This document shows positions 44,781 through 54,031 of a stretch of DNA of 64,000 nt, piece after piece (positions within the stretch are counted from its first letter, which is position 1; each line of letters begins with the position of its first letter). Source of the DNA: Chthoniobacterales bacterium (lineage in GTDB: Bacteria; Verrucomicrobiota; Verrucomicrobiia; Chthoniobacterales; UBA10450); NCBI GenBank assembly GCA_045809745.1, contig JBJMXE010000091.1, forward strand, positions 3,016 through 67,015, written 5' to 3'. The notes below the pieces were generated by a model. It searched no databases and was not told the origin of the DNA. It saw only the letters and a list, made by a program, of their open reading frames with translations. The translations under genes were made by a program, and so were the position numbers.

Positions 44781-45860
44781 ATGAAAACGCAGCATCTGTT
44801 GAACGTGAGCGATTACGCGCTCGCCGCTCGTGAAATTCTCGAACCAGGCTGCCTGGATTATTACGAGGGCGGCGCGTTAGATGAAATTACGCTGCGCGAG
44901 AACACTGCCGGATGGCAGCGACTGCCGCTTTACTACCGAGTTCTCGCTGGGGTCCGCTCGAGGCAGCTCCAAACGACGGTTCTTGGTCGGCCGATTTCCA
45001 TGCCCATCGCTGTCGCCCCAACCGCTTTTCATCGACTGGCATGTGATGGGGGCGAAATCGCAACCGCGAAAGCGGCAAAGGCTGCCGGCACTTTGTTCGT
45101 CCTCAGCTCGCTCTCGAACACCGCGATGGAGGCCGTGTTTGCGGAGGCGGGGAGTCCGCGCTGGTTCCAGCTCTATATATATAGGGATCGTGCTATCACG
45201 GCAGAGTTAGTGAAGCGGGCCGAAGCGGCTGGCGCGGAAGCCATCGTTCTCACGGTCGACGCGCCTGGTCTCGGCACTCGGGAGCGCGATACCCGGAATA
45301 GCTTTCGCTTATCGGACGGACTGCGAGTCGAAAATCTGAGTCCGCTCGGTAAAGGAGATGTGCCCGAAGTGGAAGGTTCCGGCCTTGCCGCCTACGTCCA
45401 CGCAAATTTCAAAGCTGATCTCAGCTACGCGGACCTCGATTGGCTGTGTCATGTCACCTCTCTACCCGTAATCGTGAAAGGTGTGGTCCGCGGAGAGGAT
45501 GCGATTCGATGCGTGGAGCATGGCGCGAAGGGAGTGGTAGTGTCGAATCACGGTGGACGTCAGCTTGATACTGCCGTCGCGACCTGCGAGGCGCTGCCCC
45601 ACGTGACAGACGCTGTTGGATCGTCGTGCGAGATCTACGTCGACGGCGGAATCCGCCGGGGTAGCGATGTGTTAAAAGCGGTGGCGCTTGGCGCCCGCGC
45701 TGTTTTAGTCGGCCGACCGATTTTGTGGGGACTCTCGGTGGCGGGGGAGCAAGGCGCAGCACGCATTCTCGACATTCTCCGGCGGGAACTCGATGAAGCG
45801 ATGTTACTCTGCGGATGCACGACGTTAGGCGATATCACGCCATCCTTGCTCCGGCCGTGA
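44781..45860 (+). CDS. FMN-dependent alpha-hydroxy-acid oxidase/dehydrogenase (LldD/glycolate oxidase family)
   Basis: Motifs WFQLYIYRD, VLTVDAP, SNHGGRQLD and VDGGIRRGSDVLKAVALGA. Confidence 0.85.
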   Translation: MKTQHLLNVSDYALAAREILEPGCLDYYEGGALDEITLRENTAGWQRLPLYYRVLAGVRSRQLQTTVLGRPISMPIAVAPTAFHRLACDGGEIATAKAAKAAGTLFVLSSLSNTAMEAVFAEAGSPRWFQLYIYRDRAITAELVKRAEAAGAEAIVLTVDAPGLGTRERDTRNSFRLSDGLRVENLSPLGKGDVPEVEGSGLAAYVHANFKADLSYADLDWLCHVTSLPVIVKGVVRGEDAIRCVEHGAKGVVVSNHGGRQLDTAVATCEALPHVTDAVGSSCEIYVDGGIRRGSDVLKAVALGARAVLVGRPILWGLSVAGEQGAARILDILRRELDEAMLLCGCTTLGDITPSLLRP

Positions 45861-45887
45861 TTCTGTAGTCGCTGGTCAAACTGCGCC

Positions 45888-47099
45888 TTACACGGGCACC
45901 AGCGTCACGTGCACGATCTCCGCCGGGGCGTTCACCCGGAGCGGAAACCAGTTTCCAACGCCATTCGACACAATCAGAGTACTTTCTGCTCGGCGATACA
46001 GCCCGCTCCAATAGCGAAACATTGCCGGGCCGAACCCGTATCGCCGATTCAACATCAGTTGACCGCCGTGAGTATGGCCGGAGAGCGTCAGGGGAATTTT
46101 TGCATCGGCGGCAGCATCGAATGCGTGAGGATGATGGGCTAACAGCATCCGGAATACGTCGGGTTGAGATTGAGTTAATAATCGCTGCACCGCGGCGGTA
46201 ATTTCATGGTCGCGATTCTGGCGCGTGCGCGTCCAACTTAAACCTAATAACTGTATCGGTACCCCGCGTATGGTGATCACGGCGGCTTCGTCGAGAAGGA
46301 AGGGAATACCCGAAGATTTCATGCGTCGCTCGAACTCTTCCGGATTTTCGATCAGGTCATGGTTCCCCTCGATCAGGTAAGCGCCGTATTTCCCATGCAT
46401 TTGCCTAACCAGACCTATACCGGTATCGAGATCAGCCAGCGCGTCATTGATCAGATCGCCGGTCAACAAAACAAGATCAGCATTGAGATTGTTTGTAGCG
46501 TTAACGACATCGCGCAGCACGCGCCCGGACGTGAACCGACCAACATGGATGTCGCTGACCTGCGCGATTGTCAGTCCGTGTAAGTCGGGTGGCAGCTCGT
46601 GAACGGGGACAACGAAACGCCTGATCCGGAAGTCAGTAAGTTGTTGCAGGGCGATTCCAGTCAGCCCGAGAGTTGCCAGGGGTGGAGCGATAGCGGCGGT
46701 GGCGGCGAGGAATTCCCGCCGGGTCCAGTGAGATTCCGGATTAGATATTGCCGGCTCGTGACTGCGCCGCCGGCGATGCATGATGATGCGCTCCAAATAC
46801 GTCAGCAGCGCTGCTCCGCCGACAAGGAGTAGGGCTGCGATGGAGATTGGCAGGACGATCATGTGCCAGATTAGCAACGCCGCAACCATCCATTTGGGCA
46901 GAAGCCGGTCCCATGCGCCCTGCGACAAGCGGCCTGAGATCAACCAGGCAAGCCCACCAATCTGAAAAACCATGAAAGCGGCGGTGACATAACGCCATGG
47001 CGTGGCGCGAGCGAAACGCCAGGAGGCCACCCACCAAAGCAGGTTCAATCCGACAATCGCCCCGATGATAATAAGGAAAAAGCTCACCCAGATCGTCAT
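45888..47099 (-). CDS. membrane-anchored metallophosphoesterase (YkuE-like)
   Basis: ORF 45888..47231. ATG 47099 begins the TM helices. Motifs QVSDIHVG, LTGDLIND, EGNHD and GHTHGGQ are present. Confidence 0.8.
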   Translation of the reverse strand: MTIWVSFFLIIIGAIVGLNLLWWVASWRFARATPWRYVTAAFMVFQIGGLAWLISGRLSQGAWDRLLPKWMVAALLIWHMIVLPISIAALLLVGGAALLTYLERIIMHRRRRSHEPAISNPESHWTRREFLAATAAIAPPLATLGLTGIALQQLTDFRIRRFVVPVHELPPDLHGLTIAQVSDIHVGRFTSGRVLRDVVNATNNLNADLVLLTGDLINDALADLDTGIGLVRQMHGKYGAYLIEGNHDLIENPEEFERRMKSSGIPFLLDEAAVITIRGVPIQLLGLSWTRTRQNRDHEITAAVQRLLTQSQPDVFRMLLAHHPHAFDAAADAKIPLTLSGHTHGGQLMLNRRYGFGPAMFRYWSGLYRRAESTLIVSNGVGNWFPLRVNAPAEIVHVTLVPV

Positions 47100-47230
47100 T
47101 CCCGGCGGCGACTCTTCTGCACCGCCAGACAGTATAATACGCCGTGAAGCTTCTTCGCGCCTGCCCGGGATTGTGGTCGGAGATGCGAAATCGCGGAGCA
47201 AGGGTATGGCGCGTGCTCCGTTGCCGCCCA

Positions 47231-47746
47231 ATGAATATTTCTATCATCACTAAATCCATCGTCTGCGTCACCGCGGTGTCGCTACTCGCCGCAGCGCCGG
47301 CTTTCTCCAAGACCGTGCAGCTGCCTAACGACGATTTCGCGATCGCCTCGATCGATTTCCCCGCCAGCTGGGAACCGGAAGAGATCAACAATGGAGTGGC
47401 CGCCGAAAGTCCGGACAAAGCGGTGTTTCTTTCAGCGGTGGCCGTCGGCAGCGACAAAGGTATGAATGCCGAGCTCGATGACACTTTCGACTTTCTCAAA
47501 GAACACAACGTGGAGTTGGACAAGAAGAGCAAGTCCGAGGGCAAGTTTAAGATTGGCGATCTGGAAGCCGAAGAGCTGACATTCCAGGGTAAAGATGAAG
47601 ACGGTCCGGCCGCGGTCAGCATCGCGTTCGTCACCATCAAAGATAAAGTGGTCGTTCTGACCTACTGGGTTTCCACCGACAAGGAAAAGGAACATTCGGA
47701 CGAAGTAGGCAAGATTCTCCGAAGCCTGAAGCCAGCGTCCAAGTAA
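47231..47746 (+). CDS. secreted hypothetical protein
   Basis: ORF 47144..47746. ATG 47231 gives the signal peptide MNISIITKSIVCVTAVSLLAAAPAFS. Confidence 0.55.
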   Translation: MNISIITKSIVCVTAVSLLAAAPAFSKTVQLPNDDFAIASIDFPASWEPEEINNGVAAESPDKAVFLSAVAVGSDKGMNAELDDTFDFLKEHNVELDKKSKSEGKFKIGDLEAEELTFQGKDEDGPAAVSIAFVTIKDKVVVLTYWVSTDKEKEHSDEVGKILRSLKPASK

Positions 47747-47775
47747 GTCGTTCGTTAACTTTCTAAGCTAATTTA

Positions 47776-47812
47776 GCGCGGATCGGAGAACCCGGTCCGC
47801 GCTTTTCGATTT
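47776..47812 (+). terminator. rho-independent terminator
   Basis: GCGCGGATCGG-AGAAC-CCGGTCCGCGC forms an 11-bp stem with one G-T wobble, followed by TTTTCGATTT. It lies 30 nt after the stop at 47746. Confidence 0.75.
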
Positions 47813-47896
47813 GTGGGTCATCGACATGCTCCAACGGAGGGCAGAGCTCCTGCGGCGCCGCACCTTCCTTGTTTCGGCATGGACGGTCCCGAGTCA

Positions 47897-47920
47897 TCGT
47901 AGCGGCGGTCTATGACCGCC
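47897..47920 (+). repeat. GTAG-headed REP-like hairpin (class GCGGCGGTC)
   Basis: TCGTAGCGGCGGTCTATGACCGCC has a 7-bp stem and a TAT loop. Confidence 0.65.
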
Positions 47921-48028
47921 AAATCTTGCCGCTCTGCTCGAGGCTGCGGCGTGACAGGGCGCCTCTCCGCTGATGTTTGCGTCGTAATCCACTTTCTTAT
48001 GCGGGCGGTTCGGTTCATCGTAATCTTT

Positions 48029-48376
48029 ATGTGCCGAAATATCAGAACCCTTCACAATTTCGCGCCACCAGCCACGACCGACGAGGTTCGGGCCAGTGCC
48101 TTGCAATTCGTTCGGAAAATCAGCGGATTTCATTCACCTGCAAAGCTGAACGAGGCCGTCTTCAATCACGCGGTGGATCACGTGGCCGCGGCGGCTCACG
48201 AACTTCTGGAGTCGCTCGTGACCAATGCGCCGCCGCGCGATCGCGACATTGAAGCGGCTAAAGCGCGAGCTCGCGCTGCCAAACGGTTTCACAGCAGCCG
48301 GACTGGTGTCACGGCAATGGCGCCGTTGAAACAGACATCCACATCAGCGCCAGGCGTCCGCTCCCGCAGGCGGTAA
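48029..48376 (+). CDS. DUF2277-domain protein
   Basis: ORF 47912..48376. ATG 48029 gives MCRNIRTLHNFAPPATTDEVRASALQFVRKISGF, the family-typical N-terminus. The last ~29 codons overlap the 3' end of surE on the opposite strand. Confidence 0.6.
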   Translation: MCRNIRTLHNFAPPATTDEVRASALQFVRKISGFHSPAKLNEAVFNHAVDHVAAAAHELLESLVTNAPPRDRDIEAAKARARAAKRFHSSRTGVTAMAPLKQTSTSAPGVRSRRR

Positions 48377-48978
48377 TCGCCGGCGAAGAATAGTCCGCTC
48401 TCCTCTTCGTGCCGGTAATTTAATGGCAGCGGATTCGGATCCAGTTCGCACCACACGACCTCCGGATCAGATGTGTCCGGAGGCAGGTGCGGCAGATTGA
48501 CGTTGTAGAACATTCCGGACTCGTTAGGGCGTCCGAAAATGTCGCGAAGGATTGGAGTTACCCATTTCGAAGCGCGATCCCAATCATAATCAGATCCAGC
48601 TTTGTAGTAATGCGATACGGCCACGCCCGGCCAGCCATGAAGTACCGCTTCCCGCACTGCCGCCACCGTGCCGGAATAGTACATGTCAGCTCCGAGATTC
48701 GATCCATGGTTGATGCCACTCAGCACCCATTCCGCATCCGATACGACGCGCAGCAGGCCCAGTCTGGTGCAATCGGCAGGCGTACCGTGGATCGCGAATT
48801 CCGTTTCGCCGCGCTTTTCAATGCGGACGCCGTCCTTCCACGTGACGGCGTGGCTGACGCCTGATTGCGGGCCCGCGGGTGCGACGACAATCCCTTCACC
48901 GAAGGCCTTCGATGCTTTGACCAGCGCACGCAATCCCGCGGCGGCGATGCCATCGTCGTTCGTAATGAGAAATTTCAC
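48289..48978 (-). CDS. surE: 5'/3'-nucleotidase SurE
   Basis: KFLITNDDGIAAAGLRALV and GINHGSNLG. The likely start is GTG 48978, preceded by AGGAAGGAG. The track ORF extends to 49002. Confidence 0.85.
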   Translation of the reverse strand: MKFLITNDDGIAAAGLRALVKASKAFGEGIVVAPAGPQSGVSHAVTWKDGVRIEKRGETEFAIHGTPADCTRLGLLRVVSDAEWVLSGINHGSNLGADMYYSGTVAAVREAVLHGWPGVAVSHYYKAGSDYDWDRASKWVTPILRDIFGRPNESGMFYNVNLPHLPPDTSDPEVVWCELDPNPLPLNYRHEEESGLFFAGDYRLRERTPGADVDVCFNGAIAVTPVRLL

Positions 48979-49072
48979 TTCGCTCCTTCCTAAAGGTCCC
49001 ACTGTTCAGTGCTAAGCGGCGTTACGCCAGCGAGCAATTCACTCGCTAGGCGAGATTCGGCAGACCCAATCT

Positions 49073-49098
49073 TTGTAGCGGCGGTCTCCGACCGTCAC
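49073..49098 (+). repeat. GTAG-headed REP-like hairpin (class GCGGCGGTC)
   Basis: TTGTAGCGGCGGTCTCCGACCGTCAC has a stem with one wobble and one mismatch. A left-arm fragment of the 95-bp element (TGTCATTTCGGCC) follows at 49123..49135. Confidence 0.7.
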
Positions 49099-49212
49099 CG
49101 ACTGGTTGGCGGCGTGGCTCGTTGTCATTTCGGCCTGATCTGCTCGCGGAACGCAGCGTGTTTTGCGAACCGCCCGCATAATTTGGCCGGGAACGCGCCC
49201 GAAAAAAACCCT

Positions 49213-49236
49213 TGATTCATACAAACGTATGAATTA
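49213..49236. promoter_or_regulatory. palindromic candidate TetR operator
   Basis: ATTCATAC-AAAC-GTATGAAT (49215..49234) is a perfect 8-bp inverted repeat. It ends 11 nt upstream of the TetR GTG start at 49246. Confidence 0.6.
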
Positions 49237-49245
49237 ATCTGCCGG

Positions 49246-49917
49246 GTGAGTCAATCCACCATCGAGCCCTTCCCGCAGCACACCAAGCTCGCCATCCTCG
49301 ATACTGCCGAGCGCCTCTTCGCCACCCACGGCTTTAAGGCCACTTCACTCCGCGCCATCACCGGCGAAGCCGATGCCAATCTCGGCGCGGTAAATTATCA
49401 TTTCGCCTCCAAGGACGCCCTCATCCTGGCCGTTCTCCGACGGCGCATGCAGCCCATGAACCGGGCGCGACTCGAATTGCTGGAGCGGTTCGAACAGGAA
49501 GCTGGTGAACATCCGGTCGAGCTCGAGAAAATTCTCGAGGCCTTATTTCGACCTCCCGTCGAACTGGTTGCCCGCGGAGCCAAAGGGGGCCGGTATTTTT
49601 TGCGGCTGATGGCGCAGTGTTTAGCAGAGCCAGGTGCTTATCTGCAGCCCCTGATCCACGAAGAGTTCGCTGAGAAAAATCGCAGGTTTCACGCGGCCAT
49701 TCAGCGAGCACTCCCGTATTTATCTGATGAAGAAGTTCACTGGCGCCTTCATTTCGCCACCGGTGTGTTTTTGCACACCGTCGCGCATGCAGACGTCCTG
49801 GAACTTTGCTCAGCAGGTCGGTGCCGCGTGTCCAGTGTGGAAGGAACGCTACGCAGGATGATTGGATTCTGTACCGCCGGGCTTAGAGCGAGGGAAGAAT
49901 CGGGGAAAACATCATGA
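49246..49917 (+). CDS. TetR/AcrR family transcriptional regulator
   Basis: N-terminal HTH: ILDTAERLFATHGFKATSLRAITGEADANLGAVNYHFASKDAL. Confidence 0.85.
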   Translation: MSQSTIEPFPQHTKLAILDTAERLFATHGFKATSLRAITGEADANLGAVNYHFASKDALILAVLRRRMQPMNRARLELLERFEQEAGEHPVELEKILEALFRPPVELVARGAKGGRYFLRLMAQCLAEPGAYLQPLIHEEFAEKNRRFHAAIQRALPYLSDEEVHWRLHFATGVFLHTVAHADVLELCSAGRCRVSSVEGTLRRMIGFCTAGLRAREESGKTS

Positions 49918-51176
49918 GCGTTATAGAAGCACCACCTGAACAATCGAACGTGTCGCGTCGCGAGCACTACGCGAACACCACGCCCCCCGCCGCTGACAAA
50001 CGGCCGTTGTTAAAACGTCCCGGCGTAATCATCGGCGCTGGTGCGCTGCTGATCGTCGGGATCATCTACGCAGCCTTCGTGTTGTTTCACTCTTTCACCC
50101 ACGAGTCTACCGATGACGCATTCATCGATGCGCATATCATCGCGATTGCTCCGAAGATCGCCGGAAGGGTTGACAAGGTCTACGTCAACGACAATCAAAT
50201 GGTGAAGAAGGGTGATCTTCTGGTGGAGATCGACCCGGCCGATCCGCAAGCCGTGATTGCTCAGAAGCGGGCGTCGTTAGACGTAGCCAGGGCCCATGCG
50301 CGCAATGCTGAGATGTCGGCTGAACAAGCGGATGCGCACCTGCAAACCTTGCGCGCCGGATATGAAGCTGCCGGAGCGAACGCTGCTGCGGCAGCCGCCG
50401 ACACCGCGAAACTGAAAGGTGATTTGCAGCGGAACACCGAGCTGGTGAAGAGTGGCGCTATTTCGCGGCAGGATTACGAACATTCGGCAATCGATACCAC
50501 CGCGTCGCAATCCAATCTTGATTCGAAGAAAAAACAGATGGACGCGGCGGCGGCTTATCTGAAGGAATCGGACAAGCAAGCCCAGGCCACGCACAGTCAG
50601 GCCGATGCCGCCACTGCCGAGGTCAACGAAGCCGAGGCGTCCGAACGTCAGGCGGAACTCCAGCTTTCATATTCGAAAATTACAGCACCCGAAGACGGCC
50701 GCGTCACGATGAAAGCGGTGGAACCCGGCGCCTACGTGCAGGTGGGTCAGAATCTATTCGCTCTGGTTACTCCGCAGCTCTGGGTGACCGCGAACTTCAA
50801 AGAGACGCAGCTTACCGAAATGCGGCCTGGGCAATCAGCCACGGTCACAGTCGACGCGTATCCCGGAAGAGCATTGGGCGCGCACGTCGACAGCATTCAA
50901 GCCGGCAGCGGCGCACGGTTCATTTTGCTTCCGCCTGAAAACGCCACCGGCAATTACGTGAAGGTCGTGCAGCGGGTTCCGGTGAAAATCGTGCTTGATG
51001 AACGGCCCGATGTGCAGCGCATTCTCGGACCGGGAATGTCTGCCGTGCCGGATGTAAAGGTGAAGAGCGGCTTGTCCACTGCCGTGCACGTAATGATCGC
51101 GGCCACGATTGCGATTGCGATTGTGGTGACTGGAGCTGCGGTTTGGATCGGCCGGACCCGCGCAACTCGTCGTTAA
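49914..51176 (+). CDS. HlyD/EmrA-type membrane fusion protein
   Basis: ATGA overlap with the TetR stop. It has a single N-terminal TM helix, a long coiled-coil and barrel-sandwich motifs (GDLLVEID, KITAPEDGRV). Confidence 0.85.
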   Translation: MSVIEAPPEQSNVSRREHYANTTPPAADKRPLLKRPGVIIGAGALLIVGIIYAAFVLFHSFTHESTDDAFIDAHIIAIAPKIAGRVDKVYVNDNQMVKKGDLLVEIDPADPQAVIAQKRASLDVARAHARNAEMSAEQADAHLQTLRAGYEAAGANAAAAAADTAKLKGDLQRNTELVKSGAISRQDYEHSAIDTTASQSNLDSKKKQMDAAAAYLKESDKQAQATHSQADAATAEVNEAEASERQAELQLSYSKITAPEDGRVTMKAVEPGAYVQVGQNLFALVTPQLWVTANFKETQLTEMRPGQSATVTVDAYPGRALGAHVDSIQAGSGARFILLPPENATGNYVKVVQRVPVKIVLDERPDVQRILGPGMSAVPDVKVKSGLSTAVHVMIAATIAIAIVVTGAAVWIGRTRATRR

Positions 51177-51179
51177 CCC

Positions 51180-52760
51180 ATGGCCGAAGGGGGAGCAGCA
51201 CCGCCGGCTCGGCATTGGACGCCGGCCCACAATCCGTGGCTCATCGCTGTGGCGGTGATGTTGGCTACGTTCATGGAGGTACTCGACACCTCCGTCGCGA
51301 ACGTGTCCCTGCCACACATCGCCGGCAATCTGTCGGCCACCACTGATGAAGCAACCTGGGTGTTGACGAGCTACCTGGTGGCAAACGCGATTATTCTCCC
51401 GGCGACGAACTGGTTAGGGCAATTGTTCGGCCGCAAGCGGTTTCTGATCACTTGTATTGCGCTGTTCACTCTCGCTTCGGCCTTGTGCGGCATGGCGCAA
51501 AGCCTCGGCTTTCTGATCATCGCCCGAGTTTTGCAAGGCGCCGGCGGCGGAGCGTTGCAGCCGATATCGCAGGCTGTGCTGCTGGAAAGTTTTCCGCCGC
51601 AAAAAAGGGGCGCGGCAATGGCGGTATTCGCGATGGGTGTGGTGGTCGCGCCGATCCTCGGCCCAACCCTGGGCGGCTGGATCACTGACAATTATTCGTG
51701 GCGCTGGATCTTCTACATCAATTTGCCGATCGGAGTCATGGCCATCGTCATGGCTAACGCAATGGTCGAGGATCCGCCTTATCTGAAACGGATTTCCGCC
51801 GCCAACATCGACTACATCGGTTTTGGTCTGCTCGGCATCTGGCTGGCGACATTACAGTTCATGCTCGATAAGGGCCAGGAGCTGGATTGGTTCCAGTCCG
51901 CGGCCGTGGTCTGGTGCACCATTGTTTCTGCTGGCGCATTCATTGGCTTTATCGTTCGCGAACTAACGACCGCTCATCCAATCGTCGACTTGCGCGTCCT
52001 CAAAAATCGGAATTTTGCCGTTGGCTCGACCATGATTCTGCTGCTCGGCGCGTTGCTCTATGGCACAACGGCGATCCTGCCTTTGTTTATGCAAAACCTG
52101 CTGCACTACACTGCGGTTGATGCCGGTATTGCCATGAGTCCGCGCGGAATCGGAGCGCTCATCATGACCATCCTGGTTGGTCGAATAGTCGGCAAGGTCA
52201 GCAACCGGATCCTTATTGGTGTCGGATTTCTATTGCTCAGTTACTCGTGTCTCATGTTCGCCCACATCAATCTGCAGGTTGGGATGGGCAGCATTGTGTT
52301 TCCGGTAGTCGTTAGCGGGGTTGCCATCAGTCTCATCTTCGTGCCATTGACTACGGCAACGATGGGTACGCTGTCGCAACAGCAGATCGGTAACGCGAGC
52401 GGCATTTTTAACCTGATGCGGAATGTAGGCGGCAGCGTCGGCATCGCGATGATCACCACGTTCGTTGCCCGGACCGCGCAAACTAATCAGGCGATTCTCT
52501 CGTCCCACGCATCCATGTTCAATCCTGTGTTTCAGCAGAAGCTGGCCGCGATACAGTCCGGACTCGAACAGCACGGAGGCCATTGGCAGGCCATGAAACA
52601 AGCGCCTCGAATCCTTTACGGATTGATTCAGGAGCAGGCTGCGCTGCTCAGCTATGTTCACAATTTCCGATTCTTCGCGCTCATGTGCCTCATCTGCACA
52701 CCGCTGGTGCTTCTCATGAAGAAGGTGAAGAAGCCGGCTGGACCGATCGCCGCACATTAA
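51180..52760 (+). CDS. DHA2-family MFS efflux transporter (EmrB/QacA type, 14 TM)
   Basis: FMEVLDTSVANVSLPHIAGNL, GRKRFLI, and about 14 hydrophobic segments. Confidence 0.9.
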   Translation: MAEGGAAPPARHWTPAHNPWLIAVAVMLATFMEVLDTSVANVSLPHIAGNLSATTDEATWVLTSYLVANAIILPATNWLGQLFGRKRFLITCIALFTLASALCGMAQSLGFLIIARVLQGAGGGALQPISQAVLLESFPPQKRGAAMAVFAMGVVVAPILGPTLGGWITDNYSWRWIFYINLPIGVMAIVMANAMVEDPPYLKRISAANIDYIGFGLLGIWLATLQFMLDKGQELDWFQSAAVVWCTIVSAGAFIGFIVRELTTAHPIVDLRVLKNRNFAVGSTMILLLGALLYGTTAILPLFMQNLLHYTAVDAGIAMSPRGIGALIMTILVGRIVGKVSNRILIGVGFLLLSYSCLMFAHINLQVGMGSIVFPVVVSGVAISLIFVPLTTATMGTLSQQQIGNASGIFNLMRNVGGSVGIAMITTFVARTAQTNQAILSSHASMFNPVFQQKLAAIQSGLEQHGGHWQAMKQAPRILYGLIQEQAALLSYVHNFRFFALMCLICTPLVLLMKKVKKPAGPIAAH

Positions 52761-52761
52761 C

Positions 52762-53035
52762 TGGTAGCGGCGGTTCACCGAACCGCCATTCTGCGCCTGC
52801 TTGCGACGCGCCCTCGCCCTGGGACCCGGGGATCCCTGGCGATTGGGTCAATCGCCTCTACCACTGACGGCGTTCGGACCTTTGGTAGCGGCGGTTCACC
52901 GAACCGCCATTCTGTGTCTGCTTGCGACGCGCCCTCGCCATGGGACCCGAAGAAGCCTGGCGATTGGGTCAATCGGCCTCTACCATCGATGGCGTTCGAA
53001 CCTTTGGTAGCGGCGGTTTACCAAACCGCCATCTG
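52762..53035 (+). repeat. tandem array (2.3 x ~121 bp) of REPIN-like units
   Basis: Units start at 52762, 52883 and 53005. Each full unit has a forward hairpin TGGTAGCGGCGGTTCACCGAACCGCC. Each also has a reverse-oriented hairpin (GGCGATTGGGTCAATCGCCTCTACCA at 52838..52863 and 52959..52985). Units 1 and 2 are ~90 percent identical. Confidence 0.85.
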
Positions 53036-53136
53036 CGATCTCCATCCCAGCCTCCGCGGCAGTTTTCCCAGCCAGTGATCCACGTGTGATCTGATTTTTG
53101 GCCGCGCAGTTACCACTCGAATTGCGAAATTTCCAT

Positions 53137-53985
53137 ATGAACACCGAGACCACTTTAATTACCGGCGCGAGCAGCGGCATCGGATTACACCTCGCAAAAG
53201 AATTTGCCAGTCATGGTCATCCTCTGGTGCTGGTTGCGCCGGTTGAATCCGAACTGAAGCAGATTGCAGCCGAGTTAGAGGATCAACATGGCATTTCCGT
53301 TCGCGTGATCGCAAAGGATCTCGAACGGCCTGAGGCGCCCGAGGAAATCTTTAACCAATTGGCCAGCGAACGCGTCGAAATTGAGATCCTGGTTAACGAC
53401 GCCGGCCATGGGCAAAAAGGAAAATTTTGGGAAATCCCGATCGAAAGAGATCTATCCATTCTCCGGCTGAACGTGGAGGCGGTGCTTCGCCTAACCAAGT
53501 TGTTTCTCCGACCGATGATTCAACGCAAGCGCGGCCGCATTTTAAACGTCGCGTCGATCGCGGGTTTCGAGCCCGGTCCTCTGCTCGCAGTCTATCACGC
53601 CTCGAAGGCTTTCGTTCTTTCCTGGAGTGAAGCCCTGGCCACGGAACTGAAGGACAATGATACCGGTGTGACGCTGACTGCGCTCTGCCCCGGGCCTACC
53701 GACACCGATTTCTTCCCGAAAGCGGACATGGTGGGCACGACGGCATTCCAGAAAGGAAACTTGATGGCGCCTCAGCCAGTAGCGGAAGCAGGATACAAGG
53801 GTGTGATGGACGGGGAGCGGATCGTTGTGCCGGGCGCGGCGAATAAAGCGCTGGTATTTTCACGTCGATTCCTGCCCTCAACCGCCCAAGCCAAGCTTCA
53901 CGAGAAAATGTACTCGGATGTTGGTCCGGAGGATCGGAAGCGAGTGCCGCACGAAGAAGAAGCAAAAGCGGCAAGAGACGAATGA
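53137..53985 (+). CDS. short-chain dehydrogenase/reductase (SDR)
   Basis: ORF 53098..53985. ATG 53137 is the likely start. Motifs TGASSGIG, NDAG and YHASK are present. Confidence 0.85.
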   Translation: MNTETTLITGASSGIGLHLAKEFASHGHPLVLVAPVESELKQIAAELEDQHGISVRVIAKDLERPEAPEEIFNQLASERVEIEILVNDAGHGQKGKFWEIPIERDLSILRLNVEAVLRLTKLFLRPMIQRKRGRILNVASIAGFEPGPLLAVYHASKAFVLSWSEALATELKDNDTGVTLTALCPGPTDTDFFPKADMVGTTAFQKGNLMAPQPVAEAGYKGVMDGERIVVPGAANKALVFSRRFLPSTAQAKLHEKMYSDVGPEDRKRVPHEEEAKAARDE

Positions 53986-53987
53986 TT

Positions 53988-54014
53988 GGTGTAGCCGGGG
54001 TCGCTGACCCCGGC
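53988..54014 (+). repeat. GTAG-headed REP-like hairpin (class GCCGGGGTC) between convergent genes
   Basis: TGGTGTAGCCGGGGTCGCTGACCCCGGC has a perfect 9-bp stem. It starts 3 nt after the SDR stop. Confidence 0.75.
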
Positions 54015-54031
54015 CGCTGACTTTTTCGCTC

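Noticed and set aside
45171-45185. A third copy of the CTCTATATATAG AT-palindrome.
   Set aside because: It lies inside the hydroxy-acid oxidase coding sequence, where it encodes the conserved QLYIYRD. It is not followed by CCGGTCGG, so it is most likely coincidental.
46741-47640. Long antisense or overlapping ORFs. Examples are 46741..47640(-), 37822..38394(+), 10460..11035(-), 41100..41702(+), 41703..42362(+), 55813..56568(+), 59471..60046(+) and 62902..63621(+).
   Set aside because: Each lies opposite or out of frame to a gene with clear family motifs. Their translations are Arg/Ser/Pro-rich and low-complexity, typical of shadow ORFs in GC-rich DNA.
52762-53035. Possible CRISPR array, given regularly spaced hairpin repeats.
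   Set aside because: The whole ~121-bp unit is repeated, including the sequence between hairpins at ~90 percent identity. There are therefore no unique spacers. Only 2.3 units are present and no cas genes lie nearby. It fits a REPIN/BIME-like tandem repeat instead.
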